Source: Octopus sinensis
Lineage: Eukaryota
Reading direction: 5' to 3'
NCBI RefSeq assembly: GCF_006345805.1
Contig: NC_043005.1
Span: forward strand, 66,340,001-66,404,000
DNA: 64,000 nucleotides
Each line of letters starts with the position of its first letter. The first letter of the stretch is position 1. The notes under the pieces are model-generated. The model did not search any database and had not been told where the DNA came from. It saw only the letters and a program-made list of their open reading frames with translations. Positions 13,099 to 24,834 of this stretch are shown here, piece by piece. The translations under genes and the position numbers were made by a program.

Positions 13099-13317
13099 TC
13101 ACAAGGCTTTGGTCAACCCGAGGCTATAGTAAAAGACACTCGCCGAAGGTGTCACGGAGTGGGACTGAACCCAGAACCATTTTCTTGGCAATAAAGCTAC
13201 TTACCACACAGCCACTCCTGCGCCTATCTATTGGCTAATATTCATTTAGAAAAATAAGCATATGTATGTATATATATATATCTGTAATATAATATGTGAT
13301 AATTATTCGGTTGCCAT

Positions 13318-13378
13318 AATAAGACTCCGAGTTTCAGATGTCGGGGCGGAAACCTGGTCCGGTATCTCTTCAGTTATC
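13318..13378 (-). ncRNA. Type I hammerhead ribozyme motif (H1)
   Basis: GAUAA | CUGAAGA | GAU-AC-CGG...CCG-AC-AUC | U | GAAAC UCG GA GUC | UUAUU; one extra nt before G12. Confidence 0.65.
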
Positions 13379-13622
13379 GAGGCAATCAAAATATGCTACG
13401 AAAATGACTGTTATATAAGGGGTAAAAACCAAAGGAAATATGTACATGCGCGCATACGCGATTGCTATGAGCATTTTACTCCTTTACTTTTTACTTCCTC
13501 CCTTTTCCTTTTTCCCCTTATTTAACGGTCATTCTAATAGCTCTTTTGTCTTAATAACGGCCAATTACATAGTAATTTCCCGTTGTTTAACGGTCATTTT
13601 CATAGCAGATGTTGAGTGCCTC

Positions 13623-13683
13623 GATAACTGAAGGGATGCCGGAGCAGATTTTCGCCCCGACATCTGAAACTCGGAGTCTTATT
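13623..13683 (+). ncRNA. Type I hammerhead ribozyme motif (H1), A9G
   Basis: GAUAA | CUGAAGG | GAUG-C-CGG...CCG-A-CAUC | U | GAAAC UCG GA GUC | UUAUU. Confidence 0.55.
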
Positions 13684-13915
13684 ATGGCAACCGAATTATT
13701 GTCACATATTGTATTACAGATAAATTCCTCTATTTACATAATAATATCGAGGTCTCTTTCATTCATTTGTCTTACCATTACTGTTAATATATATATATAT
13801 ATATATATCTTTTTCTCTTTTACTTGTTTCAGTCATTTGACTGCAGCCATGCTGGAGCACCGCGCATATATGTATATGAATATATATATATATATTTTTT
13901 ATATATATATATACA

Positions 13916-14328
13916 TAGGCGCAGGAGTGGCTGTGTGGTAAGTAGCTTGCTTACCAACCACATGGTCCCGGGTTCAGTCCCACTGCGTGGCATCTTGGGC
14001 AAGTGTCTTCTGCTATAGCTCCGGGCCGACCAATGCCTTGTGAGTGGATTTGGTAGACGGAAACTGAAAGAAGCCTGTCGTATATATGTATATATATATA
14101 TATGTATATATGTGTGTGTGTGTGTGTTTGTGTGTCTGTGTTTGTCCCCCTAGCATTGTCTGACAACCGATGATGGTGTGTTTACGTCCCCGTCACTTAG
14201 CGGTTCGGCAAAAGAGACCGATATAATAAGTACTGGGCTTACAAAGAATAAGTCCCGGGGTCGATATGCTCCAGCATGGCCGCAGTCAAATGACTGAAAC
14301 AAATAAAAGAATAAAAGAATAAAAGAAT
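13916..14328 (+). mobile_element. SINE family A, full length
   Basis: TAGGCGCAGGAGTGGCTGTGTGGTAAG head, internal (TA)(GT) tract, (AAAAGAAT)n tail. Confidence 0.9.
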
Positions 14329-14465
14329 ACATATATATATGCATGCATGTATGTATAGACGAATATAAATGTGTGTGTGCATTTGCGTATGTATGGTGGT
14401 GTCCCATGTAACACTGGTGTGCCCCATGTTTTTTTTTGAAGCATAAACAAGAATAAAAGAATATA

Positions 14466-14907
14466 TAGGCGCAGCAATGGCTCTGTGGTAAATAGCTTGC
14501 TTACCAACTACATGGTTCCAGGTTCAGTCTCACTGTGTGGCACCTTGGGCCAAGTGACTTCTACTAATGCCTCGGATTATGTGGATTTGGTAGACGGAAA
14601 CTGAAAGAAGTATGTCGTATATATATATATGTATGTGTGTGTGGTGTGTGTGGTGTGTGTGTGTGTGTGTTTGTGTGTGTGTGTGCGTGTGTGTGTGAAT
14701 GTTAGTGAGTCTGCGTTTATCCACCCCCACCATTGCTTTCCAACCGATGCTGGTAGTTTTACGTCCTCATAACGTAGCAGTTCGGCAAAAGTGACCGATA
14801 GAACTAGGCTTACAAGGAATAAGTCCTGGAATTGATTTGTTCGACTAAAAGCGGTGTTCCAGCATGGCCGCAGTGAAATGACTGAAGCAAATAAAAGAAT
14901 AAAAGAA
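14466..14907 (+). mobile_element. SINE family A, diverged
   Basis: Homologous to 13916-14328. Confidence 0.85.
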
Positions 14908-15434
14908 AATATACACACAGACACGCAACACACACACACACACACACAAACATACATGTGTGTATGTGTGTGTAGTGGTGGTTGTCTATCTGCATATAAT
15001 TTATTTACTTAGAGACATGGGATGGCTGAGTGTATGTGTGTGACTCATTTCAATGCTTACGTAAGTAATCCGTCATTTATACCAACGATGACACCTGCTT
15101 GTCAACAATCAGAGAATGCACCAATAGCTTACGATAAATTTAGATAGGTCTCCTAAAACCGGAACTGGCCTCTTCGGTTCTATTATTAGCGTAATGAATC
15201 GATGATGCTGTCAGCAATACTTTTCCTTCAATTAGGTATCCGAAAGCCATTAAAATCTTGTTGAGGTTTTAGTGTCAAAGGGGTTTTTCCCATTCGATGC
15301 AACTGTCGTCTGCTTCAGTGAATTTCTATCTTCCTTTAGTAGATATTCTTTTCACTAGACCTTTTGCGTATAATAGACATAAAGTGGTGCGAATTTACTA
15401 TATTGCACAATTTTTGTGGTCGTACACACACACC

Positions 15435-15473
<39 letters not shown>

Positions 15474-15709
15474 TCACACGTACGCAGATGTGCAAGATTA
15501 TGTGTGTACATATATAAACACATATGCATACATCTATACATGATAACTCACAAACACAAACACATACATATATGCATATGTGTGCATGTATGTATGTATG
15601 TACGTATGCATGTAAGTATGGATATATTTCTTTGTGTGTGTGTACATATATGTGTGTGTATATGTGTATACATATACACATACACACATACATACATACA
15701 TACATACAT

Positions 15710-15767
<58 letters not shown>

Positions 15768-16205
15768 TACATACATACATTACATACATACATACATACA
15801 AACATACATACTGACATTTCAAACGTGTTATTCTTGTTAATCAGCTTAATGTGGGGCCTTAAACTATTTTAGTCGTTTGTTACGATCGCGTATTTTGATT
15901 TAGTTAAGAATGCTTTCGAAAGAGTCGAACAGCGTAATGATACCATTATGCTGATGTTCAGGTAGAATCATGTGATGGAGTGAAATAACATGAAGGGAGA
16001 CATACGAAATAAATAGACTTTGAATGTACTTCCCTTTTAGGGTATCTAGTAAGTATGAATGATTACTTAGATTGTTTAGTGGCTCGTTTGTGGATGATAC
16101 CAAGACGTCACTGATTTCAGTTAGCAAAACATTCAATACTTCATAAGTATGTATGTATGTATGTATGTATGTATGTATGTATGTATGTATGTATGTATGT
16201 ATGTA

Positions 16206-16243
<38 letters not shown>

Positions 16244-16289
16244 TATGTATGTATGTGTGTGTGTGTATATGTGTATGTGTGCGTGTGTA

Positions 16290-18905
16290 TGCTTATTTAG
16301 TTTTATTTCAACATTTCTTGCCAATAGAAAAAGAGCCGGTTTCTAATCCAGATCCGAGGGACGTTCATTGAAATTTCAACATCAGCAACGGTATATTGGT
16401 ATGTATTAGGCGGCGAGCTGGCAGAAATGTTAGCACACCGGGCGAAATGCTGAGCGGTATTTCGTCTGTCGTTACGTTGTGAGTTCAAATTCCGCCGAGT
16501 GGACTTTGCCTTTCATCATTTCGGGGTCGATAAATTAAGTACCAGTTACGCACTGGGGTCGATGTAATCGACTAAATACCTATGTCTGTCTTTGTTTATC
16601 CCCTCTATGTTTAGCCTCTTGTGGGTAATAAAGAAATAGGTATATTGGTATGTATGTTTGTATGTATGTATGTATGTATGTATGTATGTATGTATGTATG
16701 TATGTATGTATGTATGTATGCATGCATGTATACGTGCAGATCTGTATATTATGTTTAATATAGGCCTTCTCATCCATATATTTGCATATCTAGACATGCT
16801 CATATGTATTTAAATCATAAACCTCTGAAAGTTTTACAGAATTTAACGGTTCCAGTGATGGCTTGGATCTGTAGTCTTCGAAATAACTTCTTCTTTCTGG
16901 TTTTGAGAAGCCTATTTTCTCAAGATTGATATTTAGGCAGTATGTTACATATCCCAGGGCCCTAATAATCATAGCTATAAACCTGAACTTTTAATTTGGT
17001 TAGGATAACTGCAGATTTCTCAATAGTTCAGCGTAGGTATTCTCTTTCTTACTTGATCTTCAGCTTTATGTTAACATCCGCTGGGCAGCTAATTTCTGCA
17101 ACGGTACATAGTTTCTCTTCTCTGTCCCAAATCATTATATCAGGTCTATTGTGTTTACATTTTATTGAGGTCTTCACTTGAACATTCCACCAGTATTCCT
17201 TTTTATCATGAGTGACTATGTCTTCTACCATACTGTGGGTTCTTATTTCTTTGTCCTCGGGGTTATCTTTCCGATGTGTTTCATTTTATAATGTCTTACC
17301 TACAACATCATGTGCTATCTGTAGATATTACCTTGATGATATTTTCTGACAAATGTGGGTGATATCGTCGGTGTTAACTCCACAGAGTCTGCATTGGTTG
17401 TCACATTTTACTGATTTCCTTGCACCTCCGTCTGTTTTGTTGATATTTCCCGTTCTTGGATTGCAAACGCATACCTTTCAAAGTAGGAGGTAGTAAAACG
17501 GTTATTGGTTCATTATAGACCGCTTTGATGATCAATGATACTGCCATCCTTGAGCTTCCTATTGACATATCCATGCATGGTCTTCTGCTCATATAGGATT
17601 ATCCTTTCATTGATATGTTGCAGTGGAGTCATGCGACTTTTTGGGCATGTATTTAAGGTTATCAGGCAAGGAATGCTGCTCAAGGAGTTGCCTTCCAAGT
17701 TTATGGTGTTATCAGCCCCATGTATGCAAACTTGGTCAAGGGATGCACTTAGCCACTTGGTGGTTAAAAGAACTTACTGAAGGGATATGATACGACAATC
17801 TAAGGCATTTTGGATCGAATTTAAGCCTCTTCTTTGTTTTCGTTTTGGGTAGCGGCGGTCTACATCGCTGTTTATGCGAAAATTATGTGCGCTTGTTAAT
17901 ATCTTCTGGGTTTTCACATCAATGGTTCGGATTTCACGAATAAAGCAGCCCAAATGTTGGTATGAGCATTGGTACTACAAATACTTTGTGGGCCAATGTT
18001 TTATTGAACGCAGAGAGTTCCGCGTTCCAAATTCTCTTTATTTGGGTGTAATATTCTTTAGTGACACGTGCTTTGCTACGGTTGCTATTGTAAAATATGT
18101 TTTCATCCACCCCTAGATACCTGTAACACTCCTCATCAGATATAGGGGAAACAGTTAAGTCATGGTTGAAGATTCTGGAAGTGTGGATTACAGGTTTCTC
18201 TATTTTCAAAACCATATAGAAACATTTATCCTGACCAAACTTCAACCCTATATCCTTTGAGAATATTGTAACCATGTCAATGTTCTTTTTCATCTCTTGC
18301 ATATTCTTTGCATAAAGTTTCAAGTCATCCACAAAGAACAGTGTGTAAATTTTTGCATATCTGCTTCCTTGTGAACCAGTAGGATACCGATCAAGCTTCT
18401 TTACTATGAATAAGGGGTTTACAGAAAGTATAAACAAGAGCATAGAGAGGCTGTCGTTTTGAAATATGTCTCTGCGATACTGTATTCTATCGGTGATAAT
18501 GCAATCGCTCTTTGTGTTTAATTTCAAGATTAAACACAAAGAGTGACCAACGATGAAATCGGTTCAGCTATAACTTTGACTATGCTCACTGGAACTTTAG
18601 CAAGTTGGAGGGATTTTATGAGTGAAGAACACAGTCAAAAGCTTTCCTGCAGTCAAGTCACATCGAAACTAGGTTCCTTCTTTACTCCTGCCCCTCTGAC
18701 ATTACAGTTCTCTTTATTAACAATTGTTCGGTATATCACCAAACTTCTTTCTTCCCAGATGCTTATTCTGCTGAGATGGTGTTATTGCTGTCACAATGGT
18801 GTAGGAGGAAGCGGTATAAACATGCTGTATATATTTTGTAACTCTTTGCCTTGCGCGTGGTTCTTTAGTTGGGGATCAGTTTTGTCTCTGTCAGAACTAA
18901 CCAGT
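16290..18905 (-). mobile_element. RLE-type non-LTR retrotransposon (R4/Dong-like), 5'-truncated and degenerate: copy A
   Basis: RT motifs EQLLI, D.RKAFD.V.H, IFQNDSLSMLLF, LFFVDDLKLY, GLKFGQDKC, YRYLGV; then HGY, zinc-knuckle remnant and RLE motif NRPDIMIWDREEKLC..EISCP. The 3' UTR contains an internal (CATA)n and ends in a (CA)/(CATA)n tail at 16147-16290. Clade assignment is less certain than the RLE-LINE call. Confidence 0.9.
16407..16638 (+). mobile_element. SINE family B (B1), full length, inserted in the LINE 3' UTR
   Basis: 17-bp TSD GGTATATTGGTATGTAT (16390-16406 / 16639-16655); A box TGGCAGAAATG, B box GAGTTCAAATTCC. Confidence 0.9.
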
Positions 18906-18953
18906 TATGTATGTATGTATGTATGTATATATGTATGTATGTATGTATGTATG

Positions 18954-19485
18954 TCAGATCACTTTCGAGTGCAACTGGTAACATGTAAACCAGTACAACC
19001 TGTTGCATGGTCGGGTCGTCGGCGACTAAACCGGCAACCCCACCAAGCTTTCTTGGTGAGGAGGGTGTTTATTGGACACCTGGCGGGATGAAAAACAAAA
19101 CCCGTCAAAGGGCGGAGGAACTCTTGAGAGTCTTAAGTCTGTATCATGCGCGGGGACACAGAAATAATCGGACTGAATACCTGATCGCGCAGTGAAACCA
19201 TTGGGAGTGAAGGACTCCTAGCATTTGTTAGGGCATCCTTCTAGGAGAATGTAACTCAGGTAACTGGGATAACTCCGGCATAAATCTGCGGCTCAGTGGT
19301 TACCGATGATGTTGACTTGTTCTGCTTTTCGAATTATGGCTGCTGCTGCTTAGTGAGTGGGATTGACTGAGTGCACAGCCTTTCCTCACTTAAAAAAAAT
19401 CTTCTTTCACAGGCATTGCACGATAACAACATTGATTAAGTTTCATGCAATGGCCATACTTAATAACGAGGGGGCAGCCACCACC
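18954..19485 (+). mobile_element. Non-coding, hairpin-rich element resembling an RTE-type 5' UTR derivative, inside a (TATG)n tract
   Basis: GC-rich and flanked by (TATG)n on both sides. CATCCTTCTAGGAGAATGTAACTC resembles a motif of RTE 5' UTRs (recalled, not aligned). Several hairpins. Confidence 0.45.
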
Positions 19486-20387
19486 ATGTATGTATGTATG
19501 TATGTATGTATGTATGTATGTATGTATGTATGTATGTATGCATGTATGTATGTATGTATGTATGTATGTATGTATGTATGTATGTATGTGTGTGTGTATT
19601 TGTGTATGTCATTGTTCAATTTTATTTCACGATTTCTTGCCAGTTAGGAAAGAGCCAGTCTCTAACCTAGATCTAATGCACCTTCACTGGAATTTCATCA
19701 TCAACAACAGGGTATTTTTGTATGCATGTATGTATGTATGTATGTATATATGTATGCATGCATGTATGTATTTATGTATGTATGTATGTATGTATGTATG
19801 TATGTATGTATGTATATGTACAAATTTGTAGGCTTTGCTATATGTATGTATTCTCATGCATATAGTAGCATATCTAGACATGCTCATATACATTTAAATG
19901 ACAAACTTCTGGAAAGTTATACAGAATTTTACAGATCCAGTGATGGCTTGGATCTGTAGTTTTCGAATCAGCTTTCTATTTTCTGGTTTTGAAAAGCTAA
20001 ATTTCTCAAGATTGATATTTAGGCAGTGTGTTACATATCCCAGAGCCCCAATAATTACAGATATAAACGTGAACTCGTAATCTAGATAGACCATCTGTAG
20101 ATTTCTCAGTAGTTTAGCGTAAATATTTTGCTTTTCACTGATCTTCAGCTTTATGTTAACATCCGCTGGGCAGCTAATTTCCACAACTATGCACAGTTTC
20201 TCTTCTCTGTCCCAAATCATTATATCAGGTCTGCTGTGCTTATATTTTTTGAGGTCTTCACTTGGACATTCCACCATTTATTCCTTTTTATCATGAGTGG
20301 CTATCGCTTCTTATGTCTTTGTTCTCAAGCTTATACTTCCGACGGATTTCATTACAGAGTACCCCAGCCAAAACATCATATCTCATC

Positions 20388-20429
<42 letters not shown>

Positions 20430-20430
<1 letters not shown>

Positions 20431-20625
20431 TCGTGAGTACCGCTGCCGATTTTTTTTCCTCTGTCTTCCCTTCTCGGGATCTTTCCTTCTCCTATGTTTC
20501 CGACGAAGAGCTCCGCTCGAAAAGTTAAACCCTCCCTCTTCCCTTCTTTCCTGAGCGTCCAATGATACTTTATTTGTTCCACGTCCTCGCGTTGGTGTGT
20601 TTTTTTTTTGTATTTTCTTGTTTGG

Positions 20626-20627
<2 letters not shown>
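20430..20627 (+). mobile_element. (TA)n-flanked PLE-terminus-like module with an H2-type hammerhead, inserted in LINE B
   Basis: Removing it and its TA tracts restores colinear LINE sequence; contains the motif at 20496-20530. Confidence 0.65.
20496..20530 (+). ncRNA. Minimal hammerhead motif (H2-like), probably inactive
   Basis: GUUU | CCGACGA | A | GAGC-UCC-GCUC | GAAAA | GUU | AAAC: compensatory stem I relative to 1535 and 28818; U4C and C15.2A changes. Confidence 0.55.
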
Positions 20628-20665
<38 letters not shown>

Positions 20666-21179
20666 CCGTGATGACGTTTTGGGGCAACTGCCTATAATGT
20701 TTGTGTTATCTTCGGTGTTAACTCCACAAAGTTTGCATGGTTATCACATTTTACTGCTTTCCCTGCATCTCTATCCCCTTTGTGCATCAGGTATTTGGTT
20801 GATATTTCCTGTTCCTGAATTTCAAACGCATATCCTTCAAAGTGGGAGGTAGTATGTATGTATGTATGTATGTATGTATGTATGTATGTATGTATGTATG
20901 TATGTATGTATGTATGTATGTATGTATGCATGTATGCATGTATGCATGTATGTATGTATGTATGTATGTATGTATGTATGTGTGTACGTATGTTGATAAC
21001 TAGTATTTTCTTACACCCATGTAAGATGGAAATTAGCAAAAAGAATACTCAATTCAGTTATGTGCAGCGGATCCCCTGGAGCCTCTACTCGAATCTTACC
21101 GTTCCTGTTCCCCAGTTATCTGAAGAACGGGAATGATAATCACCAAAGTTCGCCTCATAGCTTTGAATTATTCAGCGAT

Positions 21180-21647
21180 TCAGTGCCTAACAAACTTAAT
21201 ATTGCTCTATGAGACAGAGAACAAAATTTTGCAGACGTCAGCCGCCTTGCGAGTTGTGAATGTACAATCAAAATTCCAGGGAAAATAGGACATTTACGAT
21301 AAATTAATGCGGGACTTGCAGCTCTTCTACCTTCTCTGTAAATTCACATTTGTAATTATCATCATAGATGCATTAGGCTATGTGCCTACAAATTTGCATA
21401 AAATCCTAGAAATATTGTAAAAGAAACTGATGCAAAAGATCCAAACTATTAGCGTGAGAGTCATGATTTGTAGGACATTCCAAAGATTCTCCATCTGAGT
21501 TTGTATAGACTAATAGACACACTTCGCTGTGTACATCGACAGTTCAACCAACACACCAACTTAACTACATATTTACTCTATTAACTCAAAATGTCTTGTC
21601 ACTATATTAGCTACCAGCATAATCTCTCTTCAGAACTTAAAGAAGAA
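21180..21647 (+). mobile_element. RLE-type LINE copy C (degenerate RLE C-terminus, (CATA)n tail)
   Basis: Frames give KLMRDLQLFYL.CKFTFVIIIIDALGYV, matching copy B; runs into (CATA)n at 21648-21825. Confidence 0.7.
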
Positions 21648-21796
21648 CATACATACATACATACATACATACATACATACATGCATGCATGCATGCATAC
21701 ATACATACATACATTCATACATACATACACACATACATACATACATACATACAACATACATACATACATGCATACATGCATACATACATACATACA

Positions 21797-21829
<33 letters not shown>

Positions 21830-21884
21830 TCACACACACACACACGCATGCACATATACTGACTAGTCATATTTACAGAAACAG

Positions 21885-23460
21885 TGATATCGACAGGCTC
21901 TACCTGAGAAGAGAGAAGCTTGTAACGTATACAGCATTTTAATGTCACTTATCTTTCAGACAGTACCTGCTAACAAACTGCAGAAAAATCGGTAGATATA
22001 CCCAGTGCTCAAAAGCAAAGAGATAAACATTCTGGGTGTTAGCAGTAAGCTCCTTATGAAGTAATTTATACCTGAAGACCTCCCATACAGCCCCAAAACA
22101 TCTACACTAACATACCTTGAAGAAGACCTAGAAGTGAAACACTCAGCATACCCCGACGCAAAACAAAATGACTATGAATGGGCATACTTCGCAAATGCTT
22201 AAAGATGACCCTAATATCAACACCTCAGAGCAGAAAATCGTCGGACAGACCAGATCATACTTCCAAAGCTATGCATTTTTGTTACAAAATACCTAATGAA
22301 TAAAAGAGATAGTAAAGCAGGTGGAGCCCGTGGTTCGACCGAAAATATCGATGTTTCAATACTGTGAAAGACATCACACATGTGATCAGCAGCTGTCCCA
22401 AATTATCATCACGATAATACCTCCCAGTGCGCCATGACATTTTGGCAAACATAATATACAATGCCATCTGAAATGAAAAAATAAAAAAATAAAAGTCCAT
22501 CTTGGGATAAATCTAGAGAATGCCTCTGTTAATCATAAACATCATCATAAGAAATTTTGGAGAAACATTCCCATCAAAACATCAACCAAGTGCAAACATA
22601 ACAAACTGATATTATAACTTGAGGCATACAAGAAAACTATGTACCGTAATCGAGATCCGCTACCATGCTGAAGTGAATATCTTTTCGGAAAGCAAAGAGA
22701 AAGAGGATATCTACGGACAAATGCTTCTGAATTTCAGCATGTATACTCAGAATATAAATTCTCATTTATACTTATAATTTTGTGACCCCCTTCGGTCATG
22801 AATGACCATGGGATTTCACCTAGAAAGTTACCCCCCGAGGCACAAGTCTGGGCAAGGTTGTTTATGGAAGACCAGCTGTCGCCAATGCATACCAGCCTTC
22901 CCTCTCCACGCCACCCATGTTATCCAAGGGAAAGGCAAAGGGCGATACAGCTTGGCACTAGTGACGTCGCAGCTCATTTGTAAAAGTGCAAGTGGCTAAG
23001 CACTCCAGAGACACGTGTACCCTTAACGTAGTTCTCGGGGAGATCCAGCGTGACACAGAGTGTGACAAGGCTGGCCCTTTGAAATACAGGTACACCAGAG
23101 ACAGGAAGAAAGGTTGAGAGAAAGTTGTGGTGAAAGAGTACAGCAGGGTTCACCCCCACCCCGTGCCGGAGCCTCGTGGAGCTTTAGGTGTTTTCGCTCA
23201 ATAAGCACTCACAATGGCCGGTCTGGGAATCGAAAATGCGATCCTACGACCGCGAGTCCGATGCCCTAACCACTGGGCCATTGCGTCTCCACTACTTATA
23301 ATTATCAGGCAGTATAATTATTAGGTTTTCTTAGCGTATAATCGAGAAGCGTTTGTTTTTTGTTTCAGAAAAGAAGTCACCAACTAATATATACATTACA
23401 CATATATTCTATAGGTGAAATAGTAAAAATATACAAGACTGTTCTCAAGTTCAATCGTAA
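21885..23460 (+). mobile_element. RLE-type LINE copy D, interrupted by SINE C
   Basis: DIDRLYL; VKDITHVISSCPKLSSR*YLPVRHDILANIIYNAI; WRNIPIKTSTKCKHN; after the SINE, GEIVKIYKTVLKF. Confidence 0.8.
22780..23292 (-). mobile_element. SINE family C (tRNA-Arg-like head), full length
   Basis: Minus strand TGGCCCAGTGGTTAGGGCATCGGACTCGCGG..TTTCGATTCCC; 11-bp TSD TACTTATAATT (22769-79 / 23293-303). Possibly one of the octopus tRNA-Arg SINEs (OR1/OR2); not verified. Confidence 0.9.
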
Positions 23461-24520
23461 CATCGTTTTCCGTTACTTACATTCCAGCGATAGTACTTTG
23501 CATCTTAGAAACCAGTTCCATCCTCACAAGAAGAATCCAAATAATCAAAACTAAAAATGGACACACAGACAGAGAGAGACTGACACACATACGCGCGCGC
23601 ACAAACACACACACACCCTCATATATACATAAATACGATAATATATATGTGAGCGTGTGTGTGCACGGGTATTTTACGATGTGAGAGTGTGTGAGGGTGT
23701 TTGAGTATGTATACATGTGTTTGTGTGGATCTATGTAACTGTAGGTATGCGTGTCAGTGTCTTTCTACACACGCCTGCGCACGCACACTCACACACACTC
23801 ACACACACTCACATTACAAGTAAATCCCTTATCCTACTCAGCTATGAACTGAATACAGTTGGACGCTTGATATTATACAATATCACTTGTATATAAAAGC
23901 AATGAAATATTTTGGCACAAAAGCCATTCCACAGACTGCGAAAGAAAAAATACTACTAGCTGCAGCATTGTTTCATTGCGTTAATAATAGACTGGAAGTG
24001 GCCTGTTCCGGATATAAGAATCCAGTTTAGAAATGGATGGCCTCCAATGCTTACACTACATATGTTTATGGAGAATTACTGTCATCATTGCTATAAATGG
24101 AACAGGTCATTTGATGTATCTCTCGCTAACAATACAACATTAAAACCAACACCTGCTATTTATAATAGTTATTTGTATATTAATAGAAATATAATACAAA
24201 AATGCAAGTGAATAACAAGACATTTCACATTAATAATAAGAATAAAAACCAAAGCATCGATGCAATTTAGTGTCTTGACAAGGTTAGCGTATTATGTAGG
24301 CAGTCTCATAATACTAAACAACAATGTTTTACATGAGAGGCTAATACAAGAGCCACTTAACCAATGGCTTCTTTCCACTTTCACGTGATATATGATAGGA
24401 TTTGAATTCATAAAGAAATATTAATATTTCTATGTTAGATTAATATAAAACTTAAAGCTTATAACAGATGGAAAATATTTTATTGTGTGTGCATTGTATG
24501 AGCGTTTATTCATTTATATA

Positions 24521-24780
24521 TCATCATCATCATCATCATTATCATATAAAATTCGTTTTCCATGTTTTATGCTGGCATGGGCTCGTCAGCTTCACAGCAA
24601 CTAGCAAGGCCAGAACTACAACAGATTCCATTGTTTGATTCGGCTTGGTTACTATAGCTGGATGCTCTTCCTAACGCCAACAACTTTAAGTAGTGTATCG
24701 GCTGCATTTTAGGTGGCAGCATCACCAGTGCTTATTACATGGCACCAGTTCCAGTGGTTTTCTCATGGCAGCAGCACCAG
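24521..24780 (-). mobile_element. Degenerate RTE-type 3' end with (ATG)n tail
   Basis: (CAT)n followed by TTTTCCATG..GCTGGCATGGG and GCTGGATGCTCTTCCTAACGCCAAC on the plus strand, typical of RTE-related tails (recalled). Confidence 0.45.
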
Positions 24781-24798
24781 CAGCAACATCAATGTATA

Positions 24799-24834
<36 letters not shown>

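Larger units (their letters stand above)
12147..13227 (-). mobile_element. SINE family A carrying two nested insertions
   Basis: A tail at 12147 and head at 13227, interrupted by a mariner fragment and a SINE B copy. Confidence 0.85.
13280..13786 (+). mobile_element. (TA)n-flanked PLE-terminus-like module with inverted partial copy (hammerhead family H1)
   Basis: 13280-13413 is the reverse complement of 13587-13721 (about 85-90% by eye). The right part is homologous to 28497-28688. Confidence 0.7.
19610..20852 (-). mobile_element. RLE-type LINE copy B (zinc knuckle, RLE, 3' UTR), interrupted at 20385-20662
   Basis: TTSHFEGYAFEIQEQEISTKYL; SSRYYLPMRYDVLA reconstituted across the insertion; RPDIMIWDREEKLCIVVEISCPADVNIKLKISEK..IIGALGYV. 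3' UTR homologous to copy A; (CATA)n on both sides. Confidence 0.9.
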
